From positions 123,304-187,303 of the forward strand of contig CAWBNQ010000011.1 in assembly GCA_963790205.1 (NCBI GenBank): a DNA stretch of 64,000 nucleotides. The letters run 5' to 3'. The position numbers and the translations under genes were made by a program. The stretch comes from Nitrospirota bacterium. Its GTDB lineage: Bacteria > Nitrospirota > UBA9217. The notes under the pieces were generated by a model. That model was not told where the DNA came from. It saw nothing but the letters and a program-made list of their open reading frames with translations, and did not search any database. Shown piece after piece: positions 47,406 to 59,184 of this stretch (position 1 is its first letter; every line of letters starts with the position of its first letter).

Positions 47406-49739
47406 ATGAACCTCTCTGTAATAGAACGAATGATACGCGATGGTGATATGAGTTCAGATGCAATGCGTTACCTTCTAAGTTGCCGTGCCGAATGTGAATG
47501 GTTGGATTATAAAGAGATTATTCATCTCGAATTAGACGCCGAGCTTTGTAATTTTGCAAGGGATGTACTAGCAATTAAAAACGTTGGTGGTGGCTACATA
47601 GTGATAGGCGTTAAGGATAAAACATGGGAGCAAGCGGGGTTAAGCGAAAAACTTCCATATGACTCGAAAATGCTCCGAGATAAAATTCGTCGCGCAACCG
47701 GCTTGGACTTGGATGTAGACATCGTTCATCACAATATTCAAACACCTGCATCAACTGGTCTCTTTGCCCTGATCTTCATCCGTTCAACGCGCAAGAGAAA
47801 AAAAAGAAGAGTCCCTACACTTTCGTCCAAAGATTTTTGTAGTGGTAAGGATTATGGCATTCGTCGAGGTGAAATTTATGTGCGACGAGGTGATTCGACG
47901 GTCAAAGTTCAATCTGAGCATGAACTTGAGGAGCTACTTGATAGTCTAGAAACTCAGACCGATGATGATGCAGTAATGCTATCTGGCCGCTCATCCTATT
48001 TCGCAGTTGACGATGCAACTTATCGTCTTTTGGAGAAAGGTTATGAACAGTTCGTTGGTCGCACAAAGCTCAGACAAGAATTGCTAAATTCAGTAACTCG
48101 TGATCCAAGGATTTGGATTATAAATGTCCACGGAGCTGGAGGTGTTGGAAAATCTGCACTTGTAAACTGGGTGGTCTACGAGTTTTATAAACAAAGAACT
48201 TTTGAGGCTATCTTGCAGCTGACTGCAAAAGAGACAGTGCTTACGTCTAAAGGCATTGAAAAATTTGGACGTTCCCTTTATTCATTAGAGAATTTACTGG
48301 ATCACATTTTGCTTTTATTTCAGGAGACTCCGCCAGCTGATCTAGAAGAAAAAAAGAAACTTGCCATGGAATATCTTTCGGCTTGGAAAATGCTTCTTGT
48401 TTTAGATAATATGGAAACTGTGCAGGATGGACGAATACTAAATTTTGTTCAGCAGTTGCCGCCAGATACAAAAGCGAAAGTCCTGATCACAAGTAGACAA
48501 AAAACAGGCTCATGGGAATTGCCTTTCCCAATTCAGGAACTGAATTCATTTGAAGTACGGGAATTTTTGAAAATACGCTCAGAGGAAATGAACTTAAACT
48601 TTCCTTTAGACGATATGACGACTGAAAAAGTATTGAAAGCAACGGGAGGATTGCCTCTTGCAATTCAGTGGGTGCTGGGTCAATACAGAATTAAGAATAA
48701 TGTCGAAGGAATTATGCAAAATGTACTTGGAAGAGATTCTCCAGTTCTCGAATTTAGTTTTCGTAACATTTGGAGGGTCTTATCTTCAGATGCTAAAGCG
48801 ATACTTTCGGTACTTTCAATATTTGATGACCCGCCGACGTCTCAGCAGATTGCGGTATCGACAGAATTTGCCGTTGAGAGAATAGAAAAAGCTTTGACTG
48901 AGCTGTCCGATGTTACGTTAGTAACGAGAAGTACCCAGATATCAGATGGCCGAATCATCTACATAGCATTGCCTATAACTCTATCTTTTGCGCGACATCA
49001 ACTTAGTGATATGGGAGATTTTGAACTTAATTGTCGACGCCGTTTTCAAAAGTTCTCAGAACAAATGGAATTACAGGAGTCGGAGATATTTAGATATCGA
49101 AGTCGGTTTGAGCAGTTCGGCATTGAAACTGATAATGAAAAACGGGCTGCAATTTTGTGCCAAAGGGGTGAATCAGAAATGTTTGTTGGCAATGTTGATA
49201 CCGCAGAGACACTTTTTAAACAAGCTCGCGATCTTGCACCTCAAAGTGCATATGTGTATTCGATGAGCGCTAGCTATGAACTTGCGCGTAATAGAGTAGG
49301 CAATGCTTTAAACTTTGCCGAGGAAGGCTGCAAACGTGCAACTAAAAAAACGGGTGCACTCTGTTATACAATCAAGGCTAGAATTCTTGACGTTCAACGA
49401 AATCACAATGGGAGAGTGGCGGCTCTAGAAAAAGCAATTGAATATGACCCCAACGATTTCGTAATTCGTCATCAGTATGGTGTTGCTTTGAGTCGTGCTG
49501 GACGGACGGAGGATGCGATTAAACAATTTTCAATAATAATAGAAAAAAATAAACAACTAGCTACTCCATCAATTCAATTGCTGATGGCACTTAAAACAAG
49601 GATGATAAATACTAAGCGCCTTGGGAATCAAGATGAATTTAATAAAGATTTAGCATGGGCTAAAGAGCTGTTTATTAAATATCCACATTTATCCTCTGAG
49701 GCGCAGCATTTTACTAATTTCTTTGAGGAAGAAGCTTAA
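47406..49739 (+). CDS. Schlafen/AlbA_2 - NB-ARC (STAND) ATPase - wHTH - TPR protein, NLR/Avs-like defence candidate
   Basis: ECEWLDYKE...DVLAIKNVGGGYIVIGVKD...IYVRRGDST; FVGR...GAGGVGKS; LLVLDNME; VLITSR; TGGLPLAI; C-terminal TPRs; SD AGGAGG; AT-rich. Confidence 0.85.
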   Translation: MNLSVIERMIRDGDMSSDAMRYLLSCRAECEWLDYKEIIHLELDAELCNFARDVLAIKNVGGGYIVIGVKDKTWEQAGLSEKLPYDSKMLRDKIRRATGLDLDVDIVHHNIQTPASTGLFALIFIRSTRKRKKRRVPTLSSKDFCSGKDYGIRRGEIYVRRGDSTVKVQSEHELEELLDSLETQTDDDAVMLSGRSSYFAVDDATYRLLEKGYEQFVGRTKLRQELLNSVTRDPRIWIINVHGAGGVGKSALVNWVVYEFYKQRTFEAILQLTAKETVLTSKGIEKFGRSLYSLENLLDHILLLFQETPPADLEEKKKLAMEYLSAWKMLLVLDNMETVQDGRILNFVQQLPPDTKAKVLITSRQKTGSWELPFPIQELNSFEVREFLKIRSEEMNLNFPLDDMTTEKVLKATGGLPLAIQWVLGQYRIKNNVEGIMQNVLGRDSPVLEFSFRNIWRVLSSDAKAILSVLSIFDDPPTSQQIAVSTEFAVERIEKALTELSDVTLVTRSTQISDGRIIYIALPITLSFARHQLSDMGDFELNCRRRFQKFSEQMELQESEIFRYRSRFEQFGIETDNEKRAAILCQRGESEMFVGNVDTAETLFKQARDLAPQSAYVYSMSASYELARNRVGNALNFAEEGCKRATKKTGALCYTIKARILDVQRNHNGRVAALEKAIEYDPNDFVIRHQYGVALSRAGRTEDAIKQFSIIIEKNKQLATPSIQLLMALKTRMINTKRLGNQDEFNKDLAWAKELFIKYPHLSSEAQHFTNFFEEEA

Positions 49740-49818
49740 CAAGTGATCAGTCCATCATTTACGGAAGGAACCCTTGGGGTTGCGTTCTAGATGCGCGTTA
49801 CTATTCAAAAAAAGCGAT

Positions 49819-51348
49819 ATGACAGTTGAACTCTCAAATACTCTTGACGTTGTCCGCAAATCATTGAACGGCACTACCTCACGTCGCGAACGATCGAAGA
49901 TCGGTCAGTTCTTTACGCCTGCTCTGATCGCGCGGTATATGGCATCGCTGTTCCAGAATGCGGGGCCGGAGGTACGCATACTCGATCCCGGAGCAGGGGC
50001 GGGGGTTCTGTTTGCGTCGATGATCGAAACGTTTGTTGCTAAGAGACAACATCCTCATTCTATCACTGTTGTTGCCTATGAAAATGACAAAAACGTTCTT
50101 CCCCATCTGAAGGATACCATGAAGCAATGCGAAGCACTCTGCAAAAGTGCCGGCATTTCATTCCGAGGGGAAATACGGCCAGATGATTTTGTCGCGTCTG
50201 CCATTACTCAAACCGCCGAGGGTTTATTCACGCAGGGTGGCAAACGCTTCACGCATGCGATCCTGAATCCGCCGTACAAGAAAATCAATAGTGATTCGAC
50301 AATGCGGCGTTCATTAAACACAGCGGGGCTTGAGGTTACAAACCTCTATGCAGCGTTTGTGTGGCTTTCGGCGCGGATGTTGACGCCCGGCGGCGAGATG
50401 GTTGCTATTACTCCGCGCAGCTTCTGCAATGGACCGTACTTCCGCCGATTTCGAATTGGCCTTCTTAGCATGATGAGCCTGCGGCATATTCATGTGTTCG
50501 AGTCGCGTAAGAAAGCCTTCGGTGATGATGAGGTGCTTCAGGAAAACGTGATTTATCATGCAGTCAAGGATGCGGAGAAGCCTCAGCATATTCTGCTCTC
50601 GATCTCCGATGGCCTAGATTTTGATCATACGGAAACGAGGACGGTTCCTTATGACCGGATTATCTTGCCGGGAGATCGTGACGCGTTCATCCATCTCGTT
50701 CTCTCCGACGTTGACAACCGCGCAACGGAACAGATGCGTAAGTTTATAACGACGCTGAATGAGCTTGGCATGGAGGTTTCCACCGGGCCGGTCGTGGAGT
50801 TCCGGGCGAGTAAGTATCTCCACAAGCTCCCGGTTAAAGGGACCGTGCCCCTCATATATCCTGCCCATTTCAGGGATGGCTTTATTCACTGGCCGGCGGA
50901 ATCCCCAAGAAAGCCGAATGCAATCGATGCCGTACCGCATACTGAAGACATGCTGCTTGACGCTGGATATTATGTTCTTACCAAACGGTTTTCATCGAAA
51001 GAGGAACGGCGGCGGGTTGTGGCGGCGGTATACGATCCTCATGTGGTAAAGGCGTCGCATGTGGGGTTTGAAAATCATATAAACTACTTCCATGCCAAGG
51101 GCAAGGGACTTGCGCCAAACCTCGCCAAGGGATTGGCCCTCTATCTTAATTCCACACTGTTCGATCAGTATTTTCGCATATTCAGCGGGCATACCCAGGT
51201 CAATGCCACAGACCTGCGAAAAATGCATTATCCCACTCGTGAGCAACTGCTTCGGCTGGGCGCTCATGTGAAGCAGCACCTGCCAGATCAGGAAACGATG
51301 GACGCAATCCTAAAAAAGGAATGTGAAACGGATGGCCAAAAAGACTGA
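49819..51348 (+). CDS. N6-adenine DNA methyltransferase, BsuBI/PstI-like (gamma class)
   Basis: GQFFTP, LDPGAGAG, NPPYKK, NLYAAF, PRSFCNGPYF, KRFSSKEE.RR, FENH.N, FSGHTQVNATDL. Confidence 0.9.
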   Translation: MTVELSNTLDVVRKSLNGTTSRRERSKIGQFFTPALIARYMASLFQNAGPEVRILDPGAGAGVLFASMIETFVAKRQHPHSITVVAYENDKNVLPHLKDTMKQCEALCKSAGISFRGEIRPDDFVASAITQTAEGLFTQGGKRFTHAILNPPYKKINSDSTMRRSLNTAGLEVTNLYAAFVWLSARMLTPGGEMVAITPRSFCNGPYFRRFRIGLLSMMSLRHIHVFESRKKAFGDDEVLQENVIYHAVKDAEKPQHILLSISDGLDFDHTETRTVPYDRIILPGDRDAFIHLVLSDVDNRATEQMRKFITTLNELGMEVSTGPVVEFRASKYLHKLPVKGTVPLIYPAHFRDGFIHWPAESPRKPNAIDAVPHTEDMLLDAGYYVLTKRFSSKEERRRVVAAVYDPHVVKASHVGFENHINYFHAKGKGLAPNLAKGLALYLNSTLFDQYFRIFSGHTQVNATDLRKMHYPTREQLLRLGAHVKQHLPDQETMDAILKKECETDGQKD

Positions 51349-52300
51349 TGCAAAGAAAGCAGCGCGGAAACTGGAAGAAGCATTGGCGGTATTGGATGCT
51401 CTCGGATTGCCCCGGCAGCAGCAAAACGAGCGGTCCGCTCTCACGCTTCTTTCGCTTTTAGGACTGAAACCCGGCGACTCGTGGGACAAAGCAAGTGATC
51501 CGTTGATGGGCATTACTCCCATGATGGAATTTTTCTCCGAGCACTACGCCAAGAAGTATGCGCCGAACACGCGTGAGACAGTGCGCCGCCAGACCGTACA
51601 TCAGTTCGTACAGGCTGCCCTGATCGTGCTGAATCCCGACAGGCCTTCCCGACCGACCAATAGTCCGAAAGCGGTGTACCAGATCGAGCCCTCCGCATTG
51701 AACCTGCTCCGCGAGTTTGGCAAGCCGGCCTGGAAAACGCATTTGAACGTGTATTTGCTTACGACCAAAACATTGAAAGGTCGTTATGCGCGCGAACGGG
51801 ATAAACGCCGTATTCCCGTGACGCTGGCGAAGGGCCAGAAGATCAAACTTTCACCAGGCGGGCAGAATGTTCTAGTGAAGAAGATCATCGACGACTTCTG
51901 TCAGTTGTTTACGCCGGGCGGTCGTATAATCTATGTCGGCGACACGGAGACGAAATGGGCTTATTTCGATGCTGCTGCTCTGAAGGAAATGGGAGTTGAC
52001 ATAGAGGAGCACGGGAAGATGCCGGATGTGGTGGTTCATCATGTCGAGAAAGATTGGCTCGTTCTGATAGAAGCCGTAACGAGCCACGGTCCGGTGAACC
52101 CGAAGCGCAGACAGGAGCTCAAGGAACTTTTTGCCGACTCAACGATCGGGCTGGTGTTTGTGACCGCATTTTTAGACCGGCGCGCAATGGTGAAATATCT
52201 CGACGATATCTCCTGGGAAACGGAAGTCTGGGTGGCTGAAGCGCCGACTCATCTCATTCATTTCAACGGTGAGCGCTTCTTGGGGCCGTATGATGATTAA
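51332..52300 (+). CDS. BsuBI/PstI-family type II restriction endonuclease
   Basis: QQNERSAL.LL.L, YAPNTRETVRRQT.HQF, NSPK..Y, LSPG, HGKMPDVV, LIEAVTSHGP, ISWETEVW, HLIHFNG.RFLGPY. Confidence 0.9.
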   Translation: MAKKTDAKKAARKLEEALAVLDALGLPRQQQNERSALTLLSLLGLKPGDSWDKASDPLMGITPMMEFFSEHYAKKYAPNTRETVRRQTVHQFVQAALIVLNPDRPSRPTNSPKAVYQIEPSALNLLREFGKPAWKTHLNVYLLTTKTLKGRYARERDKRRIPVTLAKGQKIKLSPGGQNVLVKKIIDDFCQLFTPGGRIIYVGDTETKWAYFDAAALKEMGVDIEEHGKMPDVVVHHVEKDWLVLIEAVTSHGPVNPKRRQELKELFADSTIGLVFVTAFLDRRAMVKYLDDISWETEVWVAEAPTHLIHFNGERFLGPYDD

Positions 52301-52335
52301 CTGCAAATTGATTGGCTGTGCTTTGAGGAGATGCT

Positions 52336-53025
52336 ATGTCAATTGATCTTGCCGACTATAAGGCAAAAACGCGGGCCGCAGTAAAGCGGCTCTGGACTGG
52401 CGGGAAAGTCGGATCAAGAAAGAAGATTTCCGGCACGATGGGCGGTTTCGCGGACCTCGTTGTTGATATTGTGTGCGCAAATGGTTTGACGAAGGCGCAT
52501 GTTCTGCCGCACGATCGACCCGTCTCGCTTCCAGGGCATTTCTCCGCGACCCAATCATGGGATATCGTAGTGGTGAACGAGGGCCGTTTGATAGCGGCTA
52601 TAAAAGCCGATTTCGTGCTCGGCCCTTCACTTTCCGCAGGTGCGGGTTGCGACTACGATAAAGTCCTCGGGAGGGCGATGGAGTTGAAGGCTGTATACCG
52701 GAAAGGAGTTTTTGGGGAAACCAGAAAACCCTTTGTCGGCTATCTGATACTTCTCGAAGATGCTCCGGGTTCCCGCAAGCCGGTAACGGATGTGTCCCCG
52801 AACTTTCCTTTATTTCCGGAGTTCAAAGGCGCATCATATGCGGAGCGGTATAACATCCTGTGCAAGAAACTGATGGCTGAAGAGCTGTATACCGCCGCCG
52901 CTGTTATTCTATCACCACGAAGCGCTTCCAAATCCGGCGCGTATTCCGAGATGAGCGATATGACCGGGCTTAAATCGTTTGTTAAAACGCTTGCGGCACA
53001 TATTTCAGCTGAGGCGACACCATAA
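52336..53025 (+). CDS. PaeR7I/XhoI-family restriction endonuclease homologue with degenerate active-site motifs
   Basis: LPGHF....WDIVV...GRLIAAI, PFVGYL.LLED, P.FP.FPEF.GASY.ERY.ILC.KL..E.LY; the expected E-x-K-S/NNFNNR segment reads KADFVLGPSLSAGAGCD. Confidence 0.75.
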   Translation: MSIDLADYKAKTRAAVKRLWTGGKVGSRKKISGTMGGFADLVVDIVCANGLTKAHVLPHDRPVSLPGHFSATQSWDIVVVNEGRLIAAIKADFVLGPSLSAGAGCDYDKVLGRAMELKAVYRKGVFGETRKPFVGYLILLEDAPGSRKPVTDVSPNFPLFPEFKGASYAERYNILCKKLMAEELYTAAAVILSPRSASKSGAYSEMSDMTGLKSFVKTLAAHISAEATP

Positions 53026-53090
53026 GTGAACGCAGGCGTCGTTGACCCATCATAGTCGTGCTAACTGATTCCTGCGTTTATTTTAATTGA

Positions 53091-55124
<2,034 letters not shown>

Positions 55125-55967
55125 GTGCGGCTGGGTTTTCATGTGTCGATCTCCGGCGGCTTTTCCCTGTCGGTCCAGCGCGCCTTCGAGCTCGGCTGTA
55201 CCTGCATGCAGATCTTCAGCAGGAACCCGCGCGGCTGGACCGTGAAGCCGCTCGATAAGAACGATATCGCGGAGTTCAAGAAGCTTCGCGAAAAATGGGA
55301 TATCGGGCCGGTTTTTGTCCATACGAACTACCTTATCAATCTTGCCTCGACCCGCCCGGACCTTTACGAACGTTCCATAGAACAATTCGTGATCGACCTC
55401 GAGCGCGCCGAAGCGCTGGGTGCGGAATACCTGGTAACGCACCTCGGCTCGGCAAGCGGGCAGGAGACGCGATGGATGATCGACCGGGTATCGAGCGCTG
55501 TCAATATGGCCATGAAGCTTCATCCCCTGAAGACAACAACGGTTCTTTTGGAAAATACTGCCGGCGAAAAAGGAGATATCGGGTATGAGCTTGAACAGGT
55601 TCAGGAAGTGATATTGAGGCTTGATAATTCGTCGCACATCGGTGTATGCTACGATACCTGCCATGGTTTTGCCGCCGGATATGATATCCGGACGAAAGAA
55701 GATGTGAATGCCTTAGCAAAGAAGATCGACGCTGCCGTCGGTCTGAATCGATTGAAAGGAATGCATCTGAACGATTGTCTGCGGGATTTCAATTCCCATA
55801 TTGACCGTCACTGGCACATTGGCGAAGGCAAGGTCGGTCTTGAAGGGTTCAGGGCATTGCTGAACCATCCGGCGTTCAAGGACGTGCCGAAGATCATGGA
55901 AACGCCGAAGGAGACGGAAGAGGACGATCCACGGAACATGAAGACGGTGAAGTCGCTGATGAAATGA
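55125..55967 (+). CDS. nfo: Endonuclease IV
   Basis: GFHVSISGG, QIFSRNPR, HTNYLINLAS, LLENTAG, DTCHGFAAGY, HLND, DRH, METP. Confidence 0.95.
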   Translation: MRLGFHVSISGGFSLSVQRAFELGCTCMQIFSRNPRGWTVKPLDKNDIAEFKKLREKWDIGPVFVHTNYLINLASTRPDLYERSIEQFVIDLERAEALGAEYLVTHLGSASGQETRWMIDRVSSAVNMAMKLHPLKTTTVLLENTAGEKGDIGYELEQVQEVILRLDNSSHIGVCYDTCHGFAAGYDIRTKEDVNALAKKIDAAVGLNRLKGMHLNDCLRDFNSHIDRHWHIGEGKVGLEGFRALLNHPAFKDVPKIMETPKETEEDDPRNMKTVKSLMK

Positions 55968-55974
55968 GGAGTTT

Positions 55975-56448
55975 ATGAAAAACAGTGTTATGATGTTCGC
56001 TTGCATGGTATTGTTGACATCCGCTGCCGTTTACGCACAGAGCGGCGACGGCATCCTCGGCGTCTGGAACAACCAGGAGAAGGACGCGAAGATCGAGATC
56101 TATAAATGCGGCAAAAAATACTGCGGCAGGATCATCTGGCTCAAGGAGCCAAACTATCCTGCGGGCTCCACGGACGGCATGCCGGGCACACAGAAGCTCG
56201 ATCACAACAACCCGGACCTTACCCTGAGGAAGGCGCCGGTCATCGGACTTCAGATCGTTCATGATTTCGCTTTTACCGGCGATAACCTGTGGAAGGACGG
56301 CAAAGTATACGATCCAAAGAACGGCAGGACCTACAGCGGGAAAATGACATTGGTCTCTCCGAATCAGCTGAACCTGCGGGGATACATCGGCATCTCGTTG
56401 CTCGGAAGGACCGCGGTCTGGACGAGGTGGCAACCGAATGCGGAATAA
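55975..56448 (+). CDS. DUF2147 secreted protein
   Basis: Signal peptide; G.I.WLKEP, D..NPD..LR, W..GKVYDPKNG.TY, L.LRGYIG..LLGRT.VWTR. Confidence 0.85.
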   Translation: MKNSVMMFACMVLLTSAAVYAQSGDGILGVWNNQEKDAKIEIYKCGKKYCGRIIWLKEPNYPAGSTDGMPGTQKLDHNNPDLTLRKAPVIGLQIVHDFAFTGDNLWKDGKVYDPKNGRTYSGKMTLVSPNQLNLRGYIGISLLGRTAVWTRWQPNAE

Positions 56449-56833
56449 GGAATCGACCAGGGAAAATGTACGATTAAGGCTGGCGCAGGCGAGCGGCTCG
56501 CTCGAAGAGGCCGGGGCGCTCCTCAAGGAAGGCGCGGACCTGAATTTTGTGATGAACAGCCTGTACTATGCGTTCCTCTATCCCGCGCTCGGGTTGCTCC
56601 AGGCGATAAATGTCCCGACGCCGACGCAGGGCACGGCGATCGCCCTCTTTGAACGCGAATTCGTGAAAAGCGGTCAATTCGACGGTCGGTTCCTGGACGC
56701 CATGCGTCGCGCATTCGAACTGCGGCCGGCCTGCGCCTGCGATAAGCCCAAAAAAATCGTCAGAGAAGATATAGAACAATTGCTGCCCGTGGCCCGTGAG
56801 TTCCTGGATCGTGCACGACATGCCGTGGAATGA
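56438..56833 (+). CDS. Stand-alone HEPN-like protein, degenerate
   Basis: LEEA..LL, NSLYYAF, F.REFVKSG, AFELR, AREFL. Confidence 0.65.
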   Translation: MRNKESTRENVRLRLAQASGSLEEAGALLKEGADLNFVMNSLYYAFLYPALGLLQAINVPTPTQGTAIALFEREFVKSGQFDGRFLDAMRRAFELRPACACDKPKKIVREDIEQLLPVAREFLDRARHAVE

Positions 56834-56945
56834 AGCGAAGAGGCCACTGCCCGGAAAGAATAGTATTGACGGTCTCTCCGAGCACGGGTATACTTGGCCT
56901 GTTTAACCAGATTTAAATCTTCCACAACGTAAAAGGAGACGGTAC

Positions 56946-57281
56946 ATGGCTGAGAAAAAAACGGAATTGATAAAAACTATCATGATTAACCTCGGGATTC
57001 TGCTCATCCTGGTGAGTGCCACGGCGTCCAGGGACATCAGCCTGACTTACTTTTTTCTCGGGTTGCTGCTTCTTGCGATCCAGACCATGGATCTCAAGGG
57101 GATCGAGCCGAAGAGGCTCGCGATTGCGGAGATCATTATGGCGTCAGCCCTTTCCGTGTCGGCCGTCATCCAGTTGACCCTGTCGAAAAGCTTCGGAGCG
57201 CCCCAGATTTTCCTGATCATCCTTCTCCTCGGGGGCCTGCTGGTCACGGTCGAGGCGGTGCGGAAATTCGCGGATTTATAG
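56946..57281 (+). CDS. Small four-TM membrane protein
   Basis: SD AAGGAG; four hydrophobic segments. Confidence 0.7.
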   Translation: MAEKKTELIKTIMINLGILLILVSATASRDISLTYFFLGLLLLAIQTMDLKGIEPKRLAIAEIIMASALSVSAVIQLTLSKSFGAPQIFLIILLLGGLLVTVEAVRKFADL

Positions 57282-57417
57282 CCCCGGGGACCCGCCGGTC
57301 TGTTCAGGACCGCTTTGGGTCCTGACCCCAAAATCCTTTCTGGATTTTTTCCTTTTCCTTTGGTATAGTACCCTGACAACGTTATCATTTTTCGATCGAA
57401 GAGGAACGCACCTGTTC

Positions 57418-58381
57418 ATGAAAACCTCGGAAATACCGGTCAAGCAGGCCGCGCGGCGCTACAGCGCCTTCGGACAGTACATGAAGGATCTGTACGGCGA
57501 GCCTGTGTACAAGGTGAACGTCGACGCAGGGTTCACCTGCCCCAACCGGGACGGCAGCGTGGCCACGGGCGGCTGCATTTACTGCAACAACGACAGCTTC
57601 AGGCCCACGGCCTGCACGAGCTCGGCTTCCCTGCGTGCGCAGATCGAAAAAGGCATTCCCTATCTCCGCTCCCGCTACGGCGCGGAGAAGTTCATCGTTT
57701 ACTTTCAGCCCTACACCAACACCTACGCACCGGTCGAGGTCCTCGAGCGTCTCTACCGCGATGCGCTCGACAACCCCGGCGTGGTGGGCATTGCCGTCGG
57801 TACCCGGCCCGATTGCGTGGACGAGGAAAAGATCGCGCTCCTTGAAACGCTGGCAAGGGAATGCTTCGTTCTCGTGGAGTACGGGCTCCAGTCGGTGTAC
57901 GACAAAACGCTTGAATATCATCAACCGGGGCCATGACTATGCGCGCTTTCAGACCGCCGTGGCCCTCACCGCGGGGAGAGGCATCCATATCGGAGCGCAT
58001 ATCATCCTCGGCTTTCCCACGGAGACCCGGGAGCAGATGCTCGGCATGGCGGACGAACTTTCGAATTTTCCGGTCGAGTTCCTCAAGATACACCAGCTCC
58101 AGGTAGTGAAGGACACGGCGCTGGCGGATCTTTATGCTGAGAAGCCTTTCGCTGTTTTCGGATACCACGAATATATCGAAATGCTCGCCGATTTCCTGGA
58201 GCGGCTGTCGCCGCATATCGTGCTCCAGCGACTGTTCGCGGCCGCTCCCGATGAGATACTCATCGCTCCGGTCTGGAACAAGACGAGGAGCGAACTGCTT
58301 CGCGATCTTGATGCTCTCCTGGAACAACGGGGGAGCTATCAGGGGAAAGCGTGCGCTAACCGCGCGCGGATTGTAAAATGA
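57418..58381 (+). CDS. TIGR01212/YhcC-family radical SAM protein, with a frameshift near 57915
   Basis: GFTCPNRDG...GGCIYC, YFQPYTNTY, GTRPDC, VEYGLQS, then INRGHD, HIILG.P.E, LKIHQL in another frame. Confidence 0.9.
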
Positions 58382-58457
58382 AAATTGGAAACCGAAGGTT
58401 TCATGTTGAAATTTAAAATTTTCATTCTTAGATTTCCAATTCACCGAAGGTGACGCC

Positions 58458-59120
58458 ATGATCGATCTTCATACACACTCATTGTTCAGCGACGGCGTGC
58501 TCGTGCCGTCGGAGCTCGTTCGGCGCGCGGTGATGAAAGGCTACGAGGTGATCGCGATCACGGACCACGCCGACGCCTCGAACCTGGATTTCATTATCCC
58601 GCGGGTGGCGTCCGTTTGCAGGGAACTGTGCCTCCGCTGGAAGATCACGGCGCTGCCGGGCATCGAGCTTACCCATATCCCGCCGGAGACCTTTGGGGAG
58701 CTCACGGAGCGGGCGCGCTCCCTCGGCGCCGCCATCGTGGTGGCGCACGGAGAGACGCTCGTGGAGCCCGTGCACCCGGGAACGAACCGGGCCGCCATCG
58801 AGGCGCGGGTGGACATCCTCGCGCACCCCGGACTCCTCACGAAGGAAGAGGCCGGACTCGCTGCGAAAAACGGCGTGTACCTCGAGATCACCTCCCGCAA
58901 GGGGCACAGCCTGTCGAACGGTCACGTGGCGATGCTCGCGGGAGAAACGGGCGCAAAACTCGTGATCGACACCGACAGCCATGAGCCTGGAGACCTGATT
59001 ACCGACGAATTCGCCCGGAGCATCCTGCTGGGAGCGGGATTGAGCAAAGAGAGAATCGCCGGGGTCCTGAAAAATTCTCGGGAACTGGCCGACAAGGCAA
59101 CGCAGGCTTTGAAGAGCTAG
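58458..59120 (+). CDS. PHP-domain metallophosphoesterase (histidinol-phosphatase-like)
   Basis: DLHTHS..SDG, AITDH, GIELTH, VAHGET, ILAHPG, DTDSH. Confidence 0.9.
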   Translation: MIDLHTHSLFSDGVLVPSELVRRAVMKGYEVIAITDHADASNLDFIIPRVASVCRELCLRWKITALPGIELTHIPPETFGELTERARSLGAAIVVAHGETLVEPVHPGTNRAAIEARVDILAHPGLLTKEEAGLAAKNGVYLEITSRKGHSLSNGHVAMLAGETGAKLVIDTDSHEPGDLITDEFARSILLGAGLSKERIAGVLKNSRELADKATQALKS

Positions 59121-59184
59121 CAAATTCCGGCTCTCGTTCTGTCCGTAGTCCTTAATGAGAAAATTCAACAGGGGGTTAGTTAAG

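Noticed and set aside
49733-49805. Integron attC site after the Schlafen-STAND gene (stop lies within GCTTAAC)
   Set aside because: No complementary GTTRRRY box or convincing L-box hairpin, no similar sites at the other island junctions, and no integron integrase.
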